From Eledone cirrhosa (Eukaryota): 64,000 bases of DNA. Below are positions 13,701-27,280 of this stretch, in pieces (positions within the stretch are counted from its first letter, which is position 1; each line of letters starts with the position of its first letter). The stretch is from the NCBI GenBank assembly GCA_964016885.1, contig OZ024744.1, positions 1,860,001-1,924,000 on the forward strand. Reading direction: 5' to 3'. Position numbers and translations under genes: made by a program. The notes under the pieces are model-generated. The model was not told the DNA's origin. It did not search any database and worked only from the letters and a program-made list of their open reading frames with translations.

Positions 13701-16700
13701 TCATCCCCCAAAACTTCGTTCTTCACCAAGCTATCTTTCTCTACCTTGTCTTCCCCCAAAACTTCGTTCTTCACCAAGTCATCTTTCTCTACCTTGTCAT
13801 CCCTCAAAACTTCGTTATTCACCAATCTATCTTTCTCTACCTTGTCTTCCCCCAAAACTTCGTTCTTCACCAAGCTATCTTTCTCTACCTTGTCTTCCCA
13901 CAAAACTTCGTTCTTCACCAAGCTATCTTTCTCTACCTTGTCTTCCCACAAAACGTCGTTCTTCACCAAGCTATCTTTCTCTACCTTGACTTCCCTCAAA
14001 ACTTCGTTCTTCACCAAGCTATCTTTCTCTACCTTGTCTTCCCCCAAAACTTCGTTCTTCACCAAGCTATCTTTCTCTACCTTGTCTTCCCCCAAAACTT
14101 CGTTGTTCACCAAGCTATCTTTCTCTACCTTGTCTTCCCCCAAAACTTCGTTCTTCACCAAGCTATCTTTCTCTACCTTGTCTTCCCCAAAACTTCGTTC
14201 TTCACCAAGCTATCTTTCTCTACCTTGTCTTCCCCCAAAACTTCGTTCTTCACCAAGCTATCTTTCTCTACCTTGTCTTCCCCCAAAACTTCGTTCTTCA
14301 CCAAGCTATCTTTCTCTACCTTGTCTTCCCCCAAAACTTCGTTCTTCACCAAGCTATCTTTCTCTACCTTGTCTTCCCACAAAACTTCGTTCTTCACCAA
14401 GCTATCTTTCTCTACCTTGTCTTCCCACAAAACGTCGTTCTTCACCAAGCTATCTTTCTCTACCTTGTCTTCCCTCAAAACTTCGTTCTTCACCAAGCTA
14501 TCTTTCTCTACATTGTTTTCCCCAAAACTTCGTTCTTCACCAAGCTATCTTTCTCTACCTTGTCTTCCCCCAAAACTTCGTTCTTCACCAAGCTATCATT
14601 CTCTACCTTGTCTTCCCCCAAAACTTCGTTCTTCACCAAGCTATCTTTCTCTACCTTGTATTCCCACAAAACTTCGTTCTTCACCAAGCTATCTTTCTCT
14701 ACCTTGTCTTCCCTCAAAACGTCGTTCTTCACCAAGCTATCTTTCTCTACCTTGTCTTCTCCCAAAACTTCGTTATTCACCAAGCTATCTTTCTCTACCT
14801 TGTCTTCCCTCAAACCTTCGTTCTTCACCAAGCTATCTTTCTCTACCTTGCCTTCCCCCAAAACTTCGTTCTTCACCAAGCTATCTTTCTCTACCTTGTC
14901 TTCCCCCAAAACTTCGTTCTTCACCAAGCTATCTTTCTCTACCTTGTCTTCCCACAAAACTTCGTTCTTCACCAAGCTATCTTTCTCTACCTTGTCTTCC
15001 CACAAAACGTCGTTCTTCACCAAGCTATCTTTCTCTACCTTGACTTCCCTCAAAACTTCGTTCTTCACCAAGCTATCTTTCTCTACCTTGTCTTCCCCCA
15101 AAACTTCGTTCTTCACCAAGCTATCTTTCTCTACCTTGTCTTCCCTCAACACTTCGTTCTTCACCAAGCTATCTTTCTCGACCTTGTCTTCTCCCAAAAC
15201 TTCGTTATTCACCAAGCTATCTTTCTCTACCTTGTCTTCCCTCAAAACTTCGTTCTTCACCAAGCTATCTTTCTCTACCTTGTCTTCCCACAAAACGTCA
15301 TTCTTCACCAAGCTATCTTTCTCTACCTTGTCTTCCGTCAAACCTTCGTTCTTCACCAAGCTATCTTTCTCTACCTTGTCTTCCCTCAAAACGTCGTTCT
15401 TCACCAAGCTATCTTTCTCTACCTTGTCCTCCCACAAAACTTCGTTCTTCACCAAGCTATCTTTCTCTACCTTGTCTTCCCCCAAAACTTCGTTCTTCGC
15501 AAGATATCTTTCTCTACCTTGTCTTCCCACAAAACGTCGTTCTTCACCAAGCTATCTTTCTCTACCTTGTCTTCCCTCAGAACTTCGTTCTTCACCAAGC
15601 TATCTCTCTCTACCTTGTCTTCCCCAAAACTTCGTTCTTCACCAAGCTATCTTTCTCTACATTGTCTTCCCCAAAACTTCGTTCTTTACCAAGCTATCTT
15701 TCTCTACCTTGTCTTCCCTCAAAACGTCGTTCTTCACCAAGCTATCTTTCTCTACCTTGTCTTCCCCCAAAACTTCGTTCTTCACCAAGCTATCTTTCTC
15801 TACCTTGTCTTCCCCCAAAACTTCGTTCTTCACCAAGTCATCTTTCTCTACCTTGTCATCCCACAAAACGTCGTTCTTCACCAAGCTATCTTTCTCTATT
15901 TTGTCTTCCCTCAAAACGTCGTTCTTCACCAAGCTATCTTTCTCTACCTTGTCTTCCCTCAAAATGTCGTTCTTCACCAAGCTATCTTTCTCGACCTTGT
16001 CTTCTCCCAAAACTTCGTTATTCAGCAAGCTATCTTTCTCTACCTTGTCTTCCCTCAAAACTTCGTTCTTCACCAAGCTATCTTTCTCTACCTTGTCTTC
16101 CCCCAAAACTTCGTTCTTCACCAAGCTATCTTTCTCTACCTTGTCTTCTCCCAAAACTTCGTTATTCACCAAGCTATCTTTCTCTACCTTGTCTTCCCTC
16201 AAAACTTCGTTCTTCACCAAGCTATCTTTCTCTACCTTGTCTTCCCCCAAAACTTCGTTCTTCACCAAGCTATCTTTCTCTACCTTGTCTTCCGTCAAAA
16301 CTTCGTTCTTCACCAAGATATCTTTCTCTACCTTGTCTTCTCCCAAAACTTCGTTCTTCACCAAGCTATCTTTCTCTACCTTGTCTTCCCTCAGAACTTC
16401 GTTCTTCAACAAGCTATCTTTCTCTACCTTGTCTTCCCCCCAAACTTCGTTCTTCACCAAGCTATCTTTCTCTACATTGTCCTCCCCAAAACTTCGTTCT
16501 TCACCAAGCTATCTTTCTCTACCTTGTCTTCCCTCAAAACGTCGTTCTTCACCAAGCTATCCTTCTCTACCTTGTCTTCTCCCAAAACTTCGTTATTCAC
16601 CAAGCTATCTTTCTCTACCTTGTCTTCCCTCAAACCTTCGTTCTTCACCAAGCTATCTTTCTCTACCTTGTCTTCCCCCAAAACTTCGTTCTTCACCAAG

Positions 16701-19700
16701 CTATCTTTCTCTACCTTGTCTTCCCCCAAAACTTCGTTCTTCACCAAGCTATCTTTCTCTACCTTGTCTTCCCCCAAAACTTCGTTCTTCACCAAGCTAT
16801 CTTTCTCTACCTTGTCTTCCCACAAAACGTCATTCTTCACCAAGCTATCTTTCTCTACCTTGTCTTCCGTCAAAACTTCGTTCTTCACCAAGATATCTTT
16901 CTCTACCTTGTCTTCTCCCAAAACTTCGTTCTTCACCAAGCTATCTTTCTCTACCTTGTCTTCCCTCAGAACTTCGTTCTTCAACAAGCTATCTTTCTCT
17001 ACCTTGTCTTCCCCCCAAACTTCGTTCTTCACCAAGCTATCTTTCTCTACATTGTCCTCCCCAAAACTTCGTTCTTCACCAAGCTATCTTTCTCTACCTT
17101 GTCTTCCCTCAAAACGTCGTTCTTCACCAAGCTATCCTTCTCTGCCTTGTCTTCTCCCAAAACTTCGTTATTCACCAAGCTATCTTTCTCTACCTTGTTT
17201 TCCCTCAAACCTTCGTTCTTCACCAAGCTATCTTTCACTACCTTGTCTTCCCCCAAAACTTCGTTCTTCACCAAGCTATCTTTCTCTACATTGTCTTCCC
17301 CAAAACTTCGTTCTTCACCAAGCTATCTTTCTCTACCTTGTCTTCCCCCAAAACTTCGGTGTTCACCAAGCTATCTTTCTCTACCTTGTCTTCCCCCAAA
17401 ACTTCGTTCTTCACCAAGCTATCTTTCTCTACCTTGTCTTCCCCAAAACATCGTTCTTCACCAAGCTATCTTTCTCTACCTTGTCTTCCCCCAAAACTTC
17501 GTTCTTCACCAAGCTATCTTTCTCTACCTTGTCTTCCCCCAAAACTTCGTTCTTCACCAAGCTATCTTTCTCTACCTTGTCTTTCCCCAAAACTTCGTTC
17601 TTCACCAAGCTATCTTTCTCTACCTTGTCTTCCCACAAAACTTCGTTCTTCACCAAGCTATCTTTCTCTACCTTGTCTTCCCACAAAACGTCGTTCTTCA
17701 CCAAGCTATCTTTCTCTACCTTGTCTTCCCTCAAAACTTCGTTCTTCACCAAGCTATCTTTCTCTACATTGTCTTCCCCAAAACTTCGTTCTTCACCAAG
17801 CTATCTTTCTCTACCTTGTCTTCCCCCAAAACTTCGTTCTTCACCAAGCTATCTTTCTCTACCTTGTCTTCCCCCAAAACTTCGTTCTTCACCAAGCTAT
17901 CTTTCTCTACCTTGTCTTCCCCCAAAACTTCGTTCTTCACCAAGCTATCTTTCTCTACCTTGTATTCCCACAAAACTTCGTTCTTCACCAAAGCTATCTT
18001 TCTCTACCTTGTCTTCCCTCAAAACGTCGTTCTTCACCAAGCTATCTTTCTCTACCTTGTCTTCTCCCAAAACTTCGTTATTCACCAAGCTATCTTTCTC
18101 TACCTTGTCTTCCCTCAAACCTTCGTTCTTCACCAAGCTATCTTTCTCTACCTTGTCTTCCCCCAAAACTTCGTTCTTCACCTAGCTATCTTTCTCTACA
18201 TTGTCTTCCCCAAAACTTCGTTCTTCACCAAGCTATCTTTCTCTACCTTGTCTTCCCCCAAAACTTCATTGTTCACCAAGCTATCTTTCTCTACCTTGTC
18301 TTCCCACAAAACTTCGTTCTTCACCAAGCTATCTTTCTCTACCTTGTCTTCCCACAAAACGTCGTTCTTCACCAAGCTATCTTTCTCTACCTTGTCTTCC
18401 CTCAAAACTTCGTTCTTCACAAAGCTATCTTTCTCTACATTGTCTTCCCCAAAACTTCGTTCTTCACCAAGCTATCTTTCTCTACCTTGTCGTCCCCCAA
18501 AACTTCGTTCTTCACCAAGCTATCTTTCTCTACCTTGTCTTCCCCCAAAACTTCGTTCTTCACCAAGCTATCTTTCTCTACCTTGTCTTCCCCCAAAACT
18601 TCGTTCTTCACCAAGCTATCTTTCTCTACCTTGTCTTCCCACAAAACTTCGTTCTTCACCAAGCTATCTTTCTCTACCTTGTCTTCCCTCAAAACGTCGT
18701 TCTTCACCAAGCTATCTTTCTCTACCTTGTCTTCTCCCAAAACTTCGTTATTCACCAAGCTATCTTTCTCTACCTTGTCTTCCCTCAAACCTTCGTTCTT
18801 CACCAAGCTATCTTTCTCTACCTTGTCTTCCCCCAAAACTTCGTTCTTCACCAAGCTATCTTTCTCTACATTGTCTTCCCCAAAACTTCGTTCTTCACCA
18901 AGTTATCTTTCTCTACCTTGTCTTCCCCCAAAACTTCATTGTTCACCAAGCTATCTTTCTCTACCTTGTCTTCCCCCAAAACTTCGTTCTTCACCAAGCT
19001 ATCTTTCTCTACCTTGTCTTCCCCCAAAACTTCGTTCTTCACCAAGCTATCTTTCTCTACCTTGTCTTCCCACAAAACTTCGTTCTTCACCAAGCTATCT
19101 TTCACTACCTTGTCTTCCCACAAAACGTCGTTCTTCACCAAGCTATCTTTGTCTACCTTCACTTCCCTCAAAACTTCGTTCTTCACCAAGCTATCTTTCT
19201 CTACCTTGTCTTCCCCCAAAACTTCGTTCTTCACCAAGCTATCTTTCTCTACCTTGTCTTCCCTCAACACTTCGTTCTTCACCAAGCTATCTTTCTCGAC
19301 CTTGTCTTCTCCCAAAACTTCGTTATTCACCAAGCTATCTTTCTCTACCTTGTCTTCCCTCAAAACTTCGTTCTTCACCAAGCTATCTTTCTCTACCTTG
19401 TCTTCCCACAAAACGTCATTCTTCACCAAGCTATCTTTCTCTACCTTGTCTTCCGTCAAACCTTCGTTCTTCACCAAGCTATCTTTCTCTACCTTGTCTT
19501 CCCTCAAAACGTCGTTCTTCACCAAGCTATCTTTCTCTACCTTGTCCTCCCACAAAACTTCGTTCTTCACCAAGCTATCTTTCTCTACCTTGTCTTCCCC
19601 CAAAACTTCGTTCTTCGCAAGCTATCTTTCTCTACCTTGTCTTCCGTCAAAACTTCGTTCTTCACCAAGATATCTTTCTCTACCTTGTCTTCCCACAAAA

Positions 19701-21888
19701 CGTCGTTCTTCACCAAGCTATCTTTCTCTACCTTGTCTTCCCTTAGAACTTCGTTCTTCACCAAGCTATCTTTCTCTACCTTGTCTTCCCCCAAAACATC
19801 GTTCTTCACCAAGCTATCTTTCTCTACATTGTCTTCCCCAAAACTTCGTTCTTCACCAAGCTATCTTTCTCTACCTTGTCTTCCCTCAAAACGTCGTTCT
19901 TCACCAAGCTATCTTTCTCTACCTTGTCTTCCCCCAAAACTTCGTTCTTCACCAAGCTATCTTTCTCTACCTTGTCTTCCCCCAAAACTTCGTTCTTCAC
20001 CAAGTCATCTTTCTCTACCTTGTCATCCCACAAAACGTCGTTCTTCACCAAGCTATCTTTCTCTATTTTGTCTTCCCTCAAAACGTCGTTCTTCACCAAG
20101 CTATCTTTCTCTACCTTGTCTTCCCTCAAAATTTCGTTCTTCACCAAGCTATCTTTCTCGACCTTGTCTTCTCCCAAAACTTCGTTATTCAGCAAGCTAT
20201 CTTTCTCTACCTTGTCTTCCCTCAAAACTTCGTTCTTCACCAAGCTATCTTTCTCTACCTTGTCTTCCCCCAAAACTTCGTTCTTCACCAAGCTATCTTT
20301 CTCTACCTTGTCTTCCCCCAAAACTTCGTTCTTCACCAAGCTATCTTTCTCTACCTTGTCTTCCCCCAAAACTTCGTTCTTCACCATGTCATCTTTCTCT
20401 ACCTTGTCATCCCTCAAAACTTCGTTCTTCACCAATCTATCTTTCTCTACCTTTTATTCCCCCAAAACTTCGTTCTTCACCAAGCTATCTTTCTCTACCT
20501 TGTCTTCCCCCAAAACTTCGTTCTTCACCAAGCTATCTTTCTCTACCTTGTCTTCCCACAAAACGTCATTCTTCACCAAGCTATCTTTCTCTACCTTGTC
20601 TTCCGTCAAAACTTCGTTCTTCACCAAGCTATCTTTCTCTACCTTGTCTTCCCCCAAAACTTCGTTCTTCACCAAGCTATCTTTCTCTACCTTGTCATCC
20701 CCCAAAACTTCGTTCTTCACCAAGCTATCTTTCTCTACCTTGTCTTCCCCCAAAACTTCGTTCTTCACCAAGTCATCTTTCTCTACCTTGTCATCCCTCA
20801 AAACTTCGTTATTCACCAATCTATCTTTCTCTACCTTGTCTTCCCCCAAAACTTCGTTCTTCACCAAGCTATCTTTCTCTACCTTGTCTTCCCACAAAAC
20901 TTCGTTCTTCACCAAGCTATCTTTCTCTACCTTGTCTTCCCACAAAACGTCGTTCTTCACCAAGCTATCTTTCTCTACCTTGACTTCCCTCAAAACTTCG
21001 TTCTTCACCAAGCTATCTTTCTCTACCTTGTCTTCCCCCAAAACTTCGTTCTTCACCAAGCTATCTTTCTCTACCTTGTCTTCCCCCAAAACTTCGTTGT
21101 TCACCAAGCTATCTTTCTCTACCTTGTCTTCCCCCAAAACTTCGTTCTTCACCAAGCTATCTTTCTCTACCTTGTCTTCCCCAAAACTTCGTTCTTCACC
21201 AAGCTATCTTTCTCTACCTTGTCTTCCCCCAAAACTTCGTTCTTCACCAAGCTATCTTTCTCTACCTTGTCTTCCCCCAAAACTTCGTTCTTCACCAAGC
21301 TATCTTTCTCTACCTTGTCTTCCCCCAAAACTTCGTTCTTCACCAAGCTATCTTTCTCTACCTTGTCTTCCCACAAAACTTCGTTCTTCACCAAGCTATC
21401 TTTCTCTACCTTGTCTTCCCACAAAACGTCGTTCTTCACCAAGCTATCTTTCTCTACCTTGTCTTCCCTCAAAACTTCGTTCTTCACCAAGCTATCTTTC
21501 TCTACATTGTTTTCCCCAAAACTTCGTTCTTCACCAAGCTATCTTTCTCTACCTTGTCTTCCCCCAAAACTTCGTTCTTCACCAAGCTATCTTTCTCTAC
21601 CTTGTCTTCCCCCAAAACTTCGTTCTTCACCAAGCTATCTTTCTCTACCTTGTATTCCCACAAAACTTCGTTCTTCACCAAGCTATCTTTCTCTACCTTG
21701 TCTTCCCTCAAAACGTCGTTCTTCACCAAGCTATCTTTCTCTACCTTGTCTTCTCCCAAAACTTCGTTATTCACCAAGCTATCTTTCTCTACCTTGTCTT
21801 CCCTCAAACCTTCGTTCTTCACCAAGCTATCTTTCTCTACCTTGCCTTCCCCCAAAACTTCGTTCTTCACCAAGCTATCTTTCTCTAC
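4743..21888. repeat. ~7.0-kb block (4743-11779) repeated at 14852-21888 (offset 10109 bp)
   Basis: ORF pairs 5553/15662, 8092/18201 and 9767/19876 are all offset by 10109. The copies share private markers: TTCGGTG (~7249/17358), 49-bp CACCAAAGCT (~7880/17989), CCTAG (~8072/18181) and TTGTCTACCTTCAC (~9040/19149). Confidence 0.93.
10155..16364. repeat. Tandem duplication, period 3115 bp (65 monomers), nested across the junction of the 7-kb copies
   Basis: ORF pairs 10345/13460, 11058/14173, 11393/14508 and 12542/15657. Shared CCTTTTATTC, ACATTGTTTT and CCTTGCC markers. Confidence 0.92.
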
Positions 21889-22571
21889 ATTGTCTTCCCC
21901 AAAACTTCGTTCTTCACCAAGCTATCTTTCTCTACCTTGTCTTCCCCCAAAACTTCATTGTTCACCAAGCTATCTTTCTCTACCTTGTCTTCCCACAAAA
22001 CTTCGTTCTTCACCAAGCTATCTTTCTCTACCTTGTCTTCCCACAAAACGTCGTTCTTCACCAAGCTATCTTTCTCTACCTTGTCTTCCCTCAAAACTTC
22101 GTTCTTCACAAAGCTATCTTTCTCTACATTGTCTTCCCCAAAACTTCGTTCTTCACCAAGCTATCTTTCTCTACCTTGTCTTCCCCCAAAACTTCGTTCT
22201 TCACCAAGCTATCTTTCTCTACCTTGTCTTCCCCCAAAACTTCGTTCTTCACCAAGCTATCTTTCTCTACCTTGTCTTCCCCCAAAACTTCGTTCTTCAC
22301 CAAGCTATCTTTCTCTACCTTGTCTTCCCACAAAACTTCGTTCTTCACCAAGCTATCTTTCTCTACCTTGTCTTCCCTCAAAACGTCGTTCTTCACCAAG
22401 CTATCTTTCTCTACCTTGTCTTCTCCCAAAACTTCGTTATTCACCAAGCTATCTTTCTCTACCTTGTCTTCCCTCAAACCTTCGTTCTTCACCAAGCTAT
22501 CTTTCTCTACCTTGTCTTCCCACAAAACGTCATTCTTCACCAAGCTATCTTTCTCTACCTTGTCTTCCGTC

Positions 22572-25500
22572 AAAACTTCGTTCTTCACCAAGATATCTTT
22601 CTCTACCTTGTCTCCTCCCAAAACTTCGTTCTTCACCAAGCTATCTTTCTCTACCTTATCTTCCCTCAGAACTTCGTTCTTCACCAAGCTATCTCTCTCT
22701 ACCTTGTCTTCCCCCAAAACTTCGTTCTTTACCAAGCTATCTTTCTCTACATTGTCTTCCCCAAAACTTCGTTCTTCACCAAGCTATCTTTCTCTACCTT
22801 GTCTTCCCCCAAAACGTCGTACTTCACCAAGCTATCTTTCTCTACCTTGTCTTCCCCCAAAACTTCGTTCTTCACCAAGCTATCTTTCTCTACCTTGTCA
22901 TCCCCCAAAACTTCGTTCTTCACCAAGCTATCTTTCTCTACCTTGTCTTCCCCCAAAACTTCGTTCTTCACCAAGTCATCTTTCTCTACCTTGTCATCCC
23001 TCAAAACTTCGTTATTCACCAATCTATCTTTCTCTACCTTGTCTTCCCCCAAAACTTCGTTCTTCACCAAGCTATCTTTCTCTACCTTGTCTTCCCACAA
23101 AACTTCGTTCTTCACCAAGCTATCTTTCTCTACCTTGTCTTCCCACAAAACGTCGTTCTTCACCAAGCTATCTTTCTCTACCTTGACTTCCCTCAAAACT
23201 TCGTTCTTCACCAAGCTATCTTTCTCTACCTTGTCTTCCCCCAAAACTTCGTTCTTCACCAAGCTATCTTTCTCTACCTTGTCTTCCCCCAAAACTTCGT
23301 TGTTCACCAAGCTATCTTTCTCTACCTTGTCTTCCCCCAAAACTTCGTTCTTCACCAAGCTATCTTTCTCTACCTTGTCTTCCCCAAAACTTCGTTCTTC
23401 ACCAAGCTATCTTTCTCTACCTTGTCTTCCCCCAAAACTTCGTTCTTCACCAAGCTATCTTTCTCTACCTTGTCTTCCCCCAAAACTTCGTTCTTCACCA
23501 AGCTATCTTTCTCTACCTTGTCTTCCCCCAAAACTTCGTTCTTCACCAAGCTATCTTTCTCTACCTTGTCTTCCCACAAAACTTCGTTCTTCACCAAGCT
23601 ATCTTTCTCTACCTTGTCTTCCCACAAAACGTCGTTCTTCACCAAGCTATCTTTCTCTACCTTGTCTTCCCTCAAAACTTCGTTCTTCACCAAGCTATCT
23701 TTCTCTACATTGTTTTCCCCAAAACTTCGTTCTTCACCAAGCTATCTTTCTCTACCTTGTCTTCCCCCAAAACTTCGTTCTTCACCAAGCTATCTTTCTC
23801 TACCTTGTCTTCCCCCAAAACTTCGTTCTTCACCAAGCTATCTTTCTCTACCTTGTCTTCCCCCAAAACTTCGTTCTTCACCAAGCTATCTTTCTCTACC
23901 TTGTATTCCCACAAAACTTCGTTCTTCACCAAGCTATCTTTCTCTACCTTGTCTTCCCTCAAAACGTCGTTCTTCACCAAGCTATCTTTCTCTACCTTGT
24001 CTTCTCCCAAAACTTCGTTATTCACCAAGCTATCTTTCTCTACCTTGTCTTCCCTCAAACCTTCGTTCTTCACCAATCTATCTTTCTCTACCTTGTCTTC
24101 CCCCAAAACTTCGTTCTTCACCAAGCTATCTTTCTCTACATTGTCTTCCCCAAAACTTCGTTCTTCACCAAGCTATCTTTCTCTACATTGTCTTCCCCCA
24201 AAACTTCATTGTTCACCAAGCTATCTTTCTCTACCTTGTCTTCCCACAAAACTTCGTTCTTCACCAAGCTATCTTTCTCTACCTTGTCTTCCCACAAAAC
24301 GTCGTTCTTCACCAAGCTATCTTTCTCTACCTTGTCTTCCCTCAAAACTTCGTTCTTCACAAAGCTATCTTTCTCTACATTGTCTTCCCCAAAACTTCGT
24401 TCTTCACCAAGCTATCTTTCTCTACCTTGTCTTCCCCCAAAACTTCGTTCTTCACCAAGCTATCTTTCTCTACCTTGTCTTCCCCCAAAACTTCGTTCTT
24501 CACCAAGCTATCTTTCTCTACCTTGTCTTCCCCCAAAACTTCGTTCTTCACCAAGCTATCTTTCTCTACCTTGTCTTCCCACAAAACTTCGTTCTTCACC
24601 AAGCTATCTTTCTCTACCTTGTCTTCCCTCAAAACGTCGTTCTTCACCAAGCTATCTTTCTCTACCTTGTCTTCTCCCAAAACTTCGTTATTCACCAAGC
24701 TATCTTTCTCTACCTTGTCTTCCCTCAAACCTTCGTTCTTCACCAAGCTATCTTTCTCTACCTTGTCTTCCCCCAAAACTTCGTTCTTCACCAAGCTATC
24801 TTTCTCTACATTGTCTTCCCCAAAACTTCGTTCTTCACCAAGCTATCTTTCTCTACCTTGTCTTCCCCCAAAACTTCATTGTTCACCAAACTATCTTTCT
24901 CTACCTTGTCTTCCCCCAAAACTTCGTTCTTCACCAAGATATCTTTCTCTACCTTGTCTCCTCCCAAAACTTCGTTCTTCACCAAGCTATCTTTCTCTAC
25001 CTTATCTTCCCTCAGAACTTCGTTCTTCACCAAGCTATCTCTCTCTACCTTGTCTTCCCCCAAAACTTCGTTCTTTACCAAGCTATCTTTCTCTACATTG
25101 TCTTCCCCAAAACTTCGTTCTTCACCAAGCTATCTTTCTCTACCTTGTCTTCCCCCAAAACGTCGTTCTTCACCAAGCTATCTTTCTCTACCTTGTCTTC
25201 CCCCAAAACTTCGTTCTTCACCAAGCTATCTTTCTCTACCTTGTCATCCCCCAAAACTTCGTTCTTCACCAAGCTATCTTTCTCTACCTTGTCTTCCCCC
25301 AAAACTTCGTTCTTCACCAAGTCATCTTTCTCTACCTTGTCATCCCTCAAAACTTCGTTATTCACCAATCTATCTTTCTCTACCTTGTCTTCCCCCAAAA
25401 CTTCGTTCTTCACCAAGCTATCTTTCTCTACCTTGTCTTCCCACAAAACTTCGTTCTTCACCAAGCTATCTTTCTCTACCTTGTCTTCCCACAAAACGTC

Positions 25501-27280
25501 GTTCTTCACCAAGCTATCTTTCTCTACCTTGACTTCCCTCAAAACTTCGTTCTTCACCAAGCTATCTTTCTCTACCTTGTCTTCCCCCAAAACTTCGTTC
25601 TTCACCAAGCTATCTTTCTCTACCTTGTCTTCCCCCAAAACTTCGTTGTTCACCAAGCTATCTTTCTCTACCTTGTCTTCCCCCAAAACTTCGTTCTTCA
25701 CCAAGCTATCTTTCTCTACCTTGTCTTCCCCAAAACTTCGTTCTTCACCAAGCTATCTTTCTCTACCTTGTCTTCCCCCAAAACTTCGTTCTTCACCAAG
25801 CTATCTTTCTCTACCTTGTCTTCCCCCAAAACTTCGTTCTTCACCAAGCTATCTTTCTCTACCTTGTCTTCCCCCAAAACTTCGTTCTTCACCAAGCTAT
25901 CTTTCTCTACCTTGTCTTCCCACAAAACTTCGTTCTTCACCAAGCTATCTTTCTCTACCTTGTCTTCCCACAAAACGTCGTTCTTCACCAAGCTATCTTT
26001 CTCTACCTTGTCTTCCCTCAAAACTTCGTTCTTCACCAAGCTATCTTTCTCTACATTGTTTTCCCCAAAACTTCGTTCTTCACCAAGCTATCTTTCTCTA
26101 CCTTGTCTTCCCCCAAAACTTCGTTCTTCACCAAGCTATCTTTCTCTACCTTGTCTTCCCCCAAAACTTCGTTCTTCACCAAGCTATCTTTCTCTACCTT
26201 GTCTTCCCCCAAAACTTCGTTCTTCACCAAGCTATCTTTCTCTACCTTGTATTCCCACAAAACTTCGTTCTTCACCAAGCTATCTTTCTCTACCTTGTCT
26301 TCCCTCAAAACGTCGTTCTTCACCAAGCTATCTTTCTCTACCTTGTCTTCTCCCAAAACTTCGTTATTCACCAAGCTATCTTTCTCTACCTTGTCTTCCC
26401 TCAAACCTTCGTTCTTCACCAAGCTATCTTTCTCTACCTTGTCTTCCCCCAAAACTTCGTTCTTCACCAAGCTATCTTTCTCTACATTGTCTTCCCCAAA
26501 ACTTCGTTCTTCACCAATCTATCTTTCTCTACCTTGTCTTCCCCCAAAACTTCGTTCTTCACCAAGCTATCTTTCTCTACCTTGTCTTCCCACAAAACTT
26601 CGTTCTTCACCAAGCTATCTTTCTCTACCTTGTCTTCCCACAAAACGTCGTTCTTCACCAAGCTATCTTTCTCTACCTTGTCTTCCCTCAAAACTTCGTT
26701 CTTCACAAAGCTATCTTTCTCTACATTGTCTTCCCCAAAACTTCGTTCTTCACCAAGCTATCTTTCTCTACCTTGTCTTCCCCCAAAACTTCGTTCTTCA
26801 CCAAGCTATCTTTCTCTACCTTGTCTTCCCCCAAAACTTCGTTCTTCACCAAGCTATCTTTCTCTACCTTGTCTTCCCCCAAAACTTCGTTCTTCACCAA
26901 GCTATCTTTCTCTACCTTGTCTTCCCACAAAACTTCGTTCTTCACCAAGCTATCTTTCTCTACCTTGTCTTCCCTCAAAACGTCGTTCTTCACCAAGCTA
27001 TCTTTCTCTACCTTGTCTTCTCCCAAAACTTCGTTATTCACCAAGCTATCTTTCTCTACCTTGTCTTCCCTCAAACCTTCGTTCTTCACCAAGCTATCTT
27101 TCTCTACCTTGTCTTCCCCCAAAACTTCGTTCTTCACCAAGCTATCTTTCTCTACATTGTCTTCCCCAAAACTTCGTTCTTCACCAAGCTATCTTTCTCT
27201 ACCTTGTCTTCCCCCAAAACTTCATTGTTCACCAAGCTATCTTTCTCTACCTTGTCTTCCCCCAAAACTTCGTTCTTCAC
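22572..27280. repeat. Tandem duplication, period 2346 bp (49 monomers); part also matches ~20650-21840 at offset 2203
   Basis: ORF pairs 22747/25093, 23370/25716, 23705/26051, 24136/26482 and 24375/26721. Also 21167/23370 and 21502/23705 (offset 2203). Confidence 0.88.
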
